A stretch of DNA of 64,000 nt from Tubulanus polymorphus. Taxonomy: Eukaryota; Animalia; Nemertea. The stretch lies in contig NC_134026.1 in NCBI RefSeq assembly GCF_964204645.1, forward strand, positions 21,858,150-21,922,149. Reading direction: 5' to 3'. The position numbers were made by a program, and so were the translations under genes. Numbering within the stretch: position 1 is the first letter of the stretch; every line of letters starts with the position of its first letter. Positions 12,638-23,057 of this stretch are shown one piece after another. The notes under the pieces were generated by a model, which made no database searches, had not been told where the DNA came from, and saw nothing but the letters and a program-made list of their open reading frames with translations.

Positions 12638-12740
12638 AAATGGCGTCAGAGAGGGTACTTTTCCTAAACCCAGAAAGGGAGGTGCAGCATCAACAACAAC
12701 CGCTGTTAGTCAGATATATAGTGTAATTTTTCACACATAG
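12638..12740 (+). pseudogene. Duplicated orphan RPL37 terminal exon
   Basis: [33 protein letters not shown]; acceptor TTTTTCAG is intact, but the original stop and both AATAAA are mutated. Confidence 0.85.
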
Positions 12741-13623
12741 AATAACTCAGCCATGTATAGTGAAATCTGAAGGGTTTTTGTTTGTTGGTCTTATTTCATA
12801 TTGCACAAGGATTCGGTACTTCGTGTTGCTGCTCTTGAAAAATCCACATTGCGTCGAGTATATCCGATTGGAAATCCAAAAAGTAACTATTCGACTAACA
12901 GCTTGGATTACCAAAACTTGACTGCCTTTATTTTACGCACTAACTATAATTACATGTTGGGAACAAGAAAGGTTGAAATAGGAAGTTGATGTAAAAACAA
13001 ACATGATGAGAAATGACATGACAATGATTAACACATAAGACATGGACAAACCGTCTCAAAGTAGATAGAGTGATTACATAACGACTCATCTATATTTCCA
13101 TAATGCCATTAAGGCAGTATAGATGAAACATGTGCACCAATTATCAGTGACTTTTAGCTTTGCTCCATAACAAAAATAGAAATAACCAGACACAAATTCA
13201 ATCTATCAAAACGGATTTTTTAATATAGAAATAGTTGAGTAGTTTCAGTGCTGTTTTATGAATCGTGGGAATATTTTCCGGTCCGCAAATTGTCAAAGAC
13301 TCTGGCAAGCGAGTATTATGTTAGTTCACATTTTTACCGCTATTGTTATACATTTGGGCAGCACTAGACGGTCAAGCTCTATCTTAACTCAGGCGGGCGA
13401 ATCGCCGATTCCAATGCTAGTGCTCATTGCTACTTTGTCCACACGAAAAGTGCTGAAAGTGCTTCTTTTGTATAAGCCAAACTACTAAAAACCATGAAAG
13501 AGTTTGCGATTATCTTTGTGTAAAATTGCATAGTGTGTGTAGTATATTCGGAAGGTGTTCAGTATAAAAGGGAAAACGTTACTAAAGGTGTTCAGATGTT
13601 ATATGTTGGAACATGGGATTACA

Positions 13624-16600
13624 TTAGATTACTGAATCCAGCAACGTTTTCATGCTTTTTTCATAATCGGCCAATATGTCATCGGAGAACCTGTTTTTGT
13701 GGTGATTGATGCTCCAATTGAGCAAACCATCCACCGTAACAAGAAGATGAACAAACAACGCTGGTCCATTGGTATACTCCGACACACCGGGGTAGGTTTT
13801 CGCGAATTTAATGATTCGTTCCGAACTAGGTGGGGTCAATTCGTGCCGCCCAAAGTTGGAAAAAGCTAATAACTGTTGGTAGCTTCCTGGATTAGAGTAG
13901 ACTCTGTCACAAAATGCTTCCGGTGTCACAGCATTCAACGTATCGATCCAACTGAAATACATATCAAACATTCGTCCCGATTTCTTTTGCCTGATTATTT
14001 CAGCATCGAATTGTTTGACGGTTTTCCAAAATACAGCAATGGACGATCCATCAGAAATTGGTACTTTGGTCTTCGTCATGATCGGTAAATTTCCCACCAA
14101 TTCGTCTGAAATGTTTGGAACTGCAATCAACCGTGTACTTGCCATGTATATTGTCATCAAGTCGATAGCGCAATCTTTATTCGGTATCAGATCTATTTTG
14201 GCTAAAAGATCTCGCATTGCCAGTGTTCCTACTACCGTACAAAAGCTGTTAACTGTTACCCCCATTTCTTTGCTCTTCTTGAATATCTTTTGGCTCGTTT
14301 CTCTCGTCAGGTTCAATGGCCAAACGCCTGAACACGGTGCATGTCCTGTTTTCAGTTTTTCGACAACAGCCGACGTCAAATTTAACGAAGAAGACCCTTC
14401 TCGCAGTTCGTTAATTTTGAACGATAGTCTGTTCACGAATCGCCTTAACGTCGGTATCTTTATCCTTTCGTTGATAACATCGAGTAATGGTGGACACGTC
14501 GGTGTGCTAGTGACGTGTATAACTTCGTTTTTAATTAGTCCTTCGAGATATCCGATGAAGCTTTTGTAAATAGTCATCACTGAATGTCCATCGGTGATAG
14601 CATGAGCGAAACAGAAAATGAAAGGATGTCGGTAATCCCCGTTAGGATGTTTCGTGGCCTCGAACATTCGTACGCGCCAGTTCGGTTCTCCTGCTTTAAA
14701 ACTAGTAAGCGATTCAGCATCGAATGCATCATTCCAATTGCAGCTTCTTTCCTTCAAAAACGGTATTTTCTTTTTCTGCATTGGAACGAAATACTTCATC
14801 AACGGAATATGATCATTCGCCGTCTCTTGAAAGATAGTACAGCGCAAAAACGGGTATCGGTCCCACAACAAACTAAGGGCGTCGATTACCAGGGCTTCGG
14901 TGAGCGGTTCGGAGCTGTCGAGGAAAATAACATTGAGGAGTATGATGTTCGCATACTTGGTATGAGCGTGGCTAAGATACCTTTCAACACAGTCTAGCGG
15001 TCGGCCACAGTTACCTAAAAATATTTGACGTTGAAAATTCCATAAGAAAAAAATTTAGTTTTATATAGTGGAACCCCGTTATAGCGAACTTCACGGGACC
15101 AGAAAATATGTTCTATATAACCGATTGTTCGTTATATCCAGTATGAAATTAATCAAATTGTCTTTCGGAACGAATTTCTTTTATTTGTTATATCCGATGA
15201 ATCGTCGTGACCGAGTTCGTTGCAACGAGGTTCCACTGTATACATATTTCATTTATATACTGTTAGAAAACTTAGACACAACAATGAAAAATGTTCGATT
15301 TTTCTTTAAAAAACACATCATCTATCCAATACATGAATAACAATCTCTCTGAAATCTTCAAACTTCCCTTCTGATACAATACACGGTTTCTTATAATACT
15401 GAAAGTTTATTTTGAACATCTCTAAAATTTGATCAAAATTGAAGGTTCAAAAGTTCGAAATGGATTATTTCAAAATCTTGAATAACATTTAGAAATCTAT
15501 TTAAAAAACCTACACTTGCTTGCATATATCTGAACTTGCATTTTCTTTCGATTGAATTTTGTTCTTTTTGATTTTTTCTGAGTGTTATATCATCAAGCTT
15601 ATCTAATGCCTCCTCCTCCACCCTTTTACACAGTCATGATTACTTTGTAATTTGTTCTTTGACGTGATACGGTTGTTTTTGGAAGAATTATAAGTTATAT
15701 TAATGATTCATTGTCGACAAATTTTTTCTTCTAAGACTGTTATTTTTGAAATTCATTACTGAAAATATATTACATATTTTAATTAATTCTGTAAGTATAT
15801 ACTTGTAATTAAAGTGCAAAATAAATAAATTCAAATATTCAAGAAAAGGTGTTTCTTAATACTAATTGACAACACTTGATAAATCACAGGATCAAGATCA
15901 TCAGAAACTTTAGCACAGCGGTTATAGTATATATATGGATAACAAAGAATATGTCAGGATACCCGCCTTCGACGGGTTGGTTGATAGGAGACATTAGAGA
16001 AATAGGTCATGAACTCCCTCGCTATAGTTCACTCATTCCCTCACAGTGAGTTGAAGAATGGAATGTTTTGTATGTCAATTTGTTATGATTTTCTTTTACT
16101 AAATCTAGTGCCTCCTTGTAACTATTTGAACTATCCTAAAAATCTTCCCACTGTTATTTAGGACCAAAGTATTGTCACATCAACGCGATCACCACACCCA
16201 ATAGGGTCCTCAAAAAACCCCAACCAATTTATCTAGTTTTCTAGATATCTAGACATCAATCTGTATGTCTAGACAACACCTATTTCAGGTATCAATGCAC
16301 CAGTTATCAATACGCAATGTTCAGTCATACTTCAGTTTTCTCTTATGAAGAATTCACTAGATGAGCTAAAGGACTTCGTTATACCATGGACGTATAACTC
16401 TAGTTTATACGTCCATGGTTATACCTACGAGCAATTATCTAAGAGATAATTGCTCGTAGGTTATACACAATGCTCGTTTTCTATATGCCGTTTTGTCAAC
16501 ATTAGATGCCATAGTATTCAACGGTTACAAAAGAACACGTAGTTCACACCGGCGACAAAGCAGTCCTTTATTTAATATTATTACCTTTTTAATGTATTTT

Positions 16601-16822
16601 CTTATTCATTCATTTTGTAAAAATTTTTACTTGAAAATAGATCATATCAAATCATATCATATCACATATATCGCACCTTCTTCAATCCTTACCTAACAAC
16701 TGTCTGATGCGTGCAGGTGAGTCACTTTTAGTGGCATTCTCATTTCTGGAAGATATAAACTTTTTAAACAGCGAAAAACACAAAATCGCTCCAGCTAGAA
16801 CAATCCCTACGAGCTCGTACAT
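13624..16822 (-). CDS. Putative CoA-dependent acyltransferase, copy B; exons 16822-16693 and 15014-13624, 506 aa
   Basis: MYELVGIVLAGAILCFSLFKK..., same phase-1 intron, motif FAHAITDGHS. About 33 amino-acid differences from copy A over the 415-aa ORF (manual count). Confidence 0.85.
15065..15240. mobile_element. pogo/Tigger-like MITE, same family as 6161-6338, opposite orientation
   Basis: TATAGTGGAACCCCGTTA...AACGAGGTTCCACTGTA; internal GGGACCAGAAAATATGTTC is the reverse complement of the sequence at ~6290-6308. Confidence 0.75.
16378..16466. repeat. Two perfect mini-hairpins separated and flanked by GTTATAC
   Basis: GTTATAC-[CATGGACGTATAA n7 TTATACGTCCATG]-GTTATAC-[CTACGAGCAATTATCT n3 AGATAATTGCTCGTAG]-GTTATAC. 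Confidence 0.85.
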
Positions 16823-17492
16823 AGTTTGATTGCGGCTATATCCAAAAATATTTGTGTGCGTTGCGGCAAAACGGAAGCGATTTTTTTGACGCCTTATAAA
16901 ACGTTACCATTATGAAACCTAAACAATGTTAACCATTCAGCGTCATTTTACGAACGACAGCCGTAAATCGATGTGCATAACGTCACAGGTCTATGTGTAC
17001 ACAAATAAGCTATCTGGCAAAATATTATTGACATAGATGTAGAATGGCTTCCTGTGATTATATAATGACCTATATTTGAACGTCGAAATGTTATATTGCA
17101 TTGAATATCATTAGAAGACGTATTGTAATAGTAAAGGATGTATGATTATATCAGAAGCGGCAGGCATAAATAGAAATGATAAGTAAATCGGATTATTCGG
17201 TTAAATGGCGGATGTATACACGATTTGGAAGTCTGATATAAAAGTCAGACCCTGACGTTGGCATGCCGGTGGAATGACGAAGCTATTACGATGTGTGTAG
17301 GGCCGGCGTGAATTTCATCAGCGGCTACAAGCGGTCAATATGAAAATGTGTAAACATATAATTTCAATATTCAAACGTTTTAGAAAATATGTTTGATATT
17401 AGGAGTATGCAGGTTTCGTGAGATTAGCAATTTATAATAGCATAGCTATCATATACGGCTCCGCCTCCTCTGATGGCATGTGTATTAGGTGA

Positions 17493-17835
17493 CAATTCAA
17501 TTCAATTCTTTATTGATCCTTATTACATTGAAATTTCGGGATAAAATTCCCAAATTCAATAAATACAAATTTTAAAATAAATTAATACAACATACATTAC
17601 ACACGGGTAATTCATACAGAACAACATAAGCATGTTATTTTAAATGACAATGTCTAATTCAACCCACCCAGACTCAAGACTCTAGGATATCGAGTGACAG
17701 CCAAACCCGTGGCCCGGGCCGGCTGGCAAGGCCACACGATATGCTCGAAGTCATGATGAAGCAGACATCAGAAGAGCACGTTTTTCAACCATGGAGGCAA
17801 TGAAGTTGCAGACCAGCTTAGAGGCATAAGTAAAT
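17493..17835 (-). mobile_element. Short 3' LINE remnant
   Basis: Minus strand ends AATAAAG(AATTG)3; upstream reads KLVCNFIASMVEKRALL, resembling L2/CR1 ORF2 C-termini. Confidence 0.5.
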
Positions 17836-18966
17836 GAAGTCGGTCGCAAGTTCGCGATCAATTATTGAGAATTTTCAATAAAAAAATTTAAACCACTACT
17901 AGAGTCGAAGACCCGCTGTATCATCTACCCAATCGCCAAATCTCATCATTCCCCAAATTTCTTAAAACTTCGATTTCAAATTTGCAATTCCACATTAGCT
18001 TAGCCAAGAAATTATACATTTTTTTCGCAGGCGTCAAATAATTTTCTAAAATTAATTTTCTTGTTTATCACAAGAGCGACACGGTGATTTTTTCTTCACA
18101 CCATCTTCCACCATCTTGTTTGCAGTGCGCATGCTCCGCATTGTGTTGTGTCGATACATCACTGAATCGAGCCTGTCAACCTACAAATAAAAAATCGTTA
18201 AATGCCCGGGCACAATTTACGATATACATGTACATCTTTACATGATATACATCTGACTTCGATTGTGACAATCAATATCTGACACAGCTAATTATCGTAT
18301 CTTTTATTTGTGCACGCGGGTACTATTCCAAATCAAAAATACATTCAATCTCATAATTCGTATCAGCACCTCGGACGTAATTAGGCATTATACGGATTAT
18401 ACGTAATTTGTGTTTCTATGAAATATGTATATTTCGTTGGATTAACGATTTATGTAATTATTCGTATAAACCTACGAATAAAAACTCACAAAAAATTGTT
18501 TCCACTGGCCATTGGAATAAACGCCGCTCGCGTGCCATTGCCTTTCTTTGTAGACTCAACGGCAGGACGTCGCGTGGCAATGACTGAGTAAAGCTTGCCA
18601 ATCACCGAGATTCAGAGGTGCTCTGCAGCACCCAACTTACCTTTCGCGATTCATTGTATGATCATATGCGATCAGGCGTAAAGGTATGCGCCCAGCTTTA
18701 AGAGTCATCATTTTTTTCCGGGAACAACATTTTCCTGCATCTGACGCCCACCGCACACCATTGCGATTCATCGTAGTATGATCCCTCATCGATCTGATAC
18801 TAAATGCAGGTTTGAATGCTGTGCCATCTGAGCCAATTTCATCGCATTAAATCAAATATGTTTGATATTTTTGTATGCGATTTTCCTGGGCGAAAATAAT
18901 TGCGTCAATGCGCGCGGGCTACGCCTTTATGGATGTTTTGAACGAAAATGCAGCCAATCAGAATTC

Positions 18967-19617
18967 TATGGTGGCTGATAAGGGCCATAGCGTAAAATTC
19001 CTGGTATGTAAATGAGGGCGCCAGAACGCAAGAACGCCAAAACGAAAAAAAACGTCCAATTTTCTCTAAAAGTTCGTTTTGGCGCGCCAAAACAAAGAAA
19101 ATTCCATTTTGGCGCCCCCGCCAAAAGAACGAAATACGTCGAAATTTCTCTAAAAGTTCGTTTTGGCGCGGTTATTTCCGTTTTGGCGCCCCCGCCAAAA
19201 CAAGCATTCAACCACAGTAAAATTATTTTTCAATTTGGCGCGTTGATCTTGTGTGTAATTTGCAAAAATTTGCATACATGAAATATTTTACGTATATATA
19301 GAATTATTTTACGTGGTTTAAAGTTCGTTTTGGCGGGGGCGCCAAAACGGAATATTCTTTGTTTTGGCGCGCCAAAGAACTCAGAGAAAATTGGACGTTT
19401 TTCGTTGTTTTGGCGGGGGCGCCAAAATGAAAGTTCCGAAGTTCCAAAGAAAATTCCGTTTTGGCGCCCCCGCCAAAACGGAATTTTCTTTGTTTTGGCG
19501 CCCAAAACGAACTTTTAGAGAAAATTGGACGTTTTTTTTCGTTTTGGCGTTCTGGCGTTCTGGCGCCCTCATTTACATACCAGGAATTTTACGCTATGGC
19601 CCTTATCAGCCACCATA
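18967..19617. mobile_element. 651-bp near-palindromic non-autonomous DNA transposon, IS3EU-like
   Basis: Perfect ~62-bp outer TIRs TATGGTGGCTGATAAGGGCCATAGC..., extended by TTTTGGCG/CGCCAAAA repeats; flanked by GAATTC on both sides. TAT...ATA termini with a 6-bp TSD fit IS3EU. Confidence 0.8.
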
Positions 19618-20213
19618 GAATTCAGGACGAAACAGTCATTTGGGATCATAGGGGACCCCATAAATGGTTCGTGTCTTGTCGTGTCTTGTCATTTGAGGTG
19701 CAATGATTCCAGCCAGGCGGCCAGGGGCCTCGTGTTGCCAAACGATCCTCGGCCGGTGCCGTCGCTCTCTGCAAATTAGTCGTGCCCATTTTTATTTTCT
19801 CACGCTGTCGCATGCTTTACATACGAGTTATTCATTTCAAAAACTGGTTTATGCTGTGATACGACGACCTGGGCCATATGACCGCCCGATACAGTACGGC
19901 GAATGTACGGGGCGGGTGCAATTCATTCAATATTTGATTATATTTGAAATCAGCCAGGGCTGACAAGGCTCCACTAACTGGGAGAGCCACCGATTATTCA
20001 TAATATCGACGAGAAATCCTTTCGCGCTTCGAATTTTAACTATGTATTATTGACATCTGTCGGGGTAGCATTCGAGGAACCACATCAAACAAGGAACCGC
20101 TAGAGGGTGTCATTTTCAACCTTCACGGCGGCGGCCGCGCACCTAGAGCGGCGCTGCGCTGCGCTACGCTGTCACTTCCTGGTTCCGCTGCGGAATTTAA
20201 ACATTTAACTAAA

Positions 20214-20331
20214 AGATCCACAGGGACTTGAAAAAAGGATTTTGACCCCAGTATCCTAGGTACTATATATAAAAAGACAGTACCTAGGATACTGAGGTCA
20301 AAATCGTTTTGTGTCAAGTCCGTGTTAAGAT
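20214..20331. repeat. ~118-bp imperfect palindrome (probable MITE)
   Basis: GGACTTGA...GATTTTGACCCCAGTATCCTAGGTACT / AGTACCTAGGATACTGAGGTCAAAATC...TCAAGTCC. Confidence 0.75.
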
Positions 20332-20926
20332 CTGCTCTGTCATGTTTTTCACGTCACTTGTCTTATTCAACAAAACTGGCTAATTTTTTGCATGTCCTAA
20401 TTTACTGCATGTTTAGGTCCTATCATTCAAAATCATCGATATCATCTCCAAAACCAAAGGGACGTTGAACCAGTCCAACGTCTTTGAGAAATAGACACTG
20501 GCCCAATGGCAATGCCAATGGTTTTGGTAACTTTTGGAGCCTACCAACTTGCCCCGGTATGGTATGTAGAGTAAATTACTGGGAGTTTTTCGGACGGGAT
20601 TGTCTAACTTGTTTTGAGGGATGCTCAGATCCAGGGTTTCAACCCCTTTTCTGACCAGCCCTCTTGAAAATCTCACTACAAAAGATTCCACCCTACAAAT
20701 GATCTCAGCATATGACAAAAGTCTGCAGCTTAGTGGTGTGTCGCGCCTGCCCCACTCAATGTGATTGGACACTTTTCACAACGATAAAATGCCCTTGTCA
20801 TATAAAGTGAACCCCCACCCCATTTTTTCCAGCCTGGATCTGCCCCTGGGATGCTTATATAGTCACATGTCACATTGCTTGGTTTTCACAAGCATTTCTT
20901 ACTTACTTGCTGGACAGATAGGAGAC

Positions 20927-21354
20927 CAGGGACCCCCCTAACAGGTAAATGGACTCCTGGTGGCTTTACCTGTGGTCCGATTAGTGCTAAATTTAACAAG
21001 CACCTGCAGGGTGTACCCCTTAACGATTAACCAAACCCTCATCACATTTGCCCGATGAGCCTTGGCCCCGGTTCAAGGGACCCCCCTAACAGGTAAATGG
21101 ACTCCTGGTGGCTTTACCTGTGGTCCGATTAGTGCTAAATTTAACAAGCACCTGCAGGGTGTATCCCTTAACAATTAACCAAACCCTCATCACATTTGCC
21201 CGATGAGCCTTGGCCCCGGGCCAAGGGACCCCCCTAACAGGTAAATGGACTCCTGGTGGCTTTACCTGTGGTCTGATTGGTGCTAAATTTAACAAGCACC
21301 TGCAGGGTGTACCCCTTAACGATTAACCAAACCCTCATCACATTTGCCCGATGA
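20927..21354. repeat. Tandem repeat, 148-bp unit, ~2.9 copies
   Basis: CTAACAGGTAAATGGACTCCTGG recurs at 20938, 21086 and 21234. Confidence 0.92.
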
Positions 21355-21368
21355 ATGTGTAATGTCTA

Positions 21369-21630
21369 CCAATTAGATGGATTGGCAAAAAGACTCCTTA
21401 AGTCCAGTTGAATGAGAGAGAAAATCCACCATTTTGTGAAATTTCTTGAATTTTTACATTGTCACCATGCCTACGAAATGAAGTTATTTTTCTTGTGGGG
21501 TCTCAACAACTAAATCAGGGTGGCGTAGGCATGGTAACAATGTTCAAATCCAAGAAATTTCACAAAATGGAGGATTTTCTCTCTCATTCAACTGGACTTA
21601 AGGAGTCTTTTTGCCAATCCATCTAATTGG
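21369..21630. mobile_element. 262-bp MITE with ~107-bp TIRs and TA flanks
   Basis: TA|CCAATTAGATGGATTGGCAAAAAGACTCC...GGAGTCTTTTTGCCAATCCATCTAATTGG|TA. Confidence 0.85.
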
Positions 21631-23057
21631 TACAGAACTGGAAATATATCGGATATTCAGTTTTTGTCCGCGATTTTTGGCATTCTGTTAAGACATAAAT
21701 GAGGTATGTACCCCAAAAAGTAAGCAAAATATCCCAGAAAAACAGGTCTCATCCATTAATAAATAGACATTAGTACATTCAATTCATGCAGCAAAGATTT
21801 CCGCATGATTTTGCGCGTTGTTACACAACCTCATTCGTCACGGAACTTTGATCCAGGTAAAACCTCCCTTCTGGATCCCCTAAATTCGAGCACGATGGAA
21901 GCATAAAAATCTAGCTTGAAATTAAGGCCTAAGCTCATCCTATCATCATTTTTTGAGTGCATTTTTCGATATTTACAGTTCGATTGGCAGCCATTGCTCC
22001 TACTGATGAAAGGAACGCCATCTATTGAATGAGCGATTGACCCGCCATCTACCGGTTCCTCGATTCAAGCGGTTCCCTGAATACTACTCCAACATCCATC
22101 GGAGCCCATCGATCTGCTGTATCATTTCCCGGCGTCTCCTCCGCTCGGTTTTCCTGCCGAAATCTCAGAGGAAATCTGAAAACCGTATCTCGGGAGCCGA
22201 AATTTAAACAAGAAAACTAACTTGAAAGTTAATTGACGCCTTGAAAAACATCACACATATCGCTTAAATATTGTCGGCAATACAAAAAGAAGGATCAATA
22301 AAGTTATTTTAGATTTGAATATATTGACTGGCATCCAGTCTAACCCGCGAATTTCTTTTTCACAATAGAATGGTTGCCGGTCTCTACCTAACTGCGAATG
22401 CAGGTGGCGCAGAATTGGACAGGCGACCAGTCTAGCGGCGCTCCAGCCCACGTAATTATTTTAGTTCATAGAAATTCCGCTAGGGTACCGTACGGTGCTG
22501 CCACCAAGTCATGTTTTTTTTCGCATGCTCACGTGAGAATCCCCCGATTGCCACAGTTGAGCCAACCGACGTCTTTTGTTATGGAATTGTTGTCATACAT
22601 CATGAATAATATATTAATAAATGACGATTTTATTAAGAAACCAATCTGTCGGAATAAAACAAAAGACATTTTTACATCGACGAACACGCGGCAGCCCAGC
22701 CCGCGTTATCATTTTAGTTTACAGAAATTCCGCTAGGGATGCCATAGAACAAGAGACCGCCGCATGCGTAGACCATATCTTTCGCTAGATTGAATTGCTA
22801 GACGTAAACAATAACAACAATAAACCCACGTGGTCTAGCATGGAATGAAAAGAAACGCTACTTGAGAGAAAAAACACATTATTACTTCTCAAATGGCCTT
22901 GAATTTTGGTGGGCCTTGAGACTATGAACGGTTAGTCAGTGGTGTACCAGAACACCGTTTCAAGATGGCGGCTATGTAGAGGGCGCCATGGGACAATACA
23001 GTGAGAACAGGACATTACCACCGCATACAACACGGGCCGAAAGCATCCGTAGCAATA

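Larger units (their letters stand above)
12270..18322 (+). repeat. Second unit of a tandem segmental duplication (first unit ~5980-11500)
   Basis: Colinear homology of snoRNA half, RPL37 last exon, 3' flank, both acyltransferase exons and upstream blocks (10369-10427 vs 18069-18136; 11451-11500 vs 18273-18322). The introns are largely unalignable. Confidence 0.9.

Noticed and set aside
18905-19779. Cluster of overlapping 60-90 aa ORFs
   Set aside because: They are by-products of the palindromic repeat element.
20927-21354. Retrozyme/hammerhead in the 148-bp repeat (CCGATGAG followed by a hairpin)
   Set aside because: No GAAA box follows the stem, so the catalytic core is incomplete.
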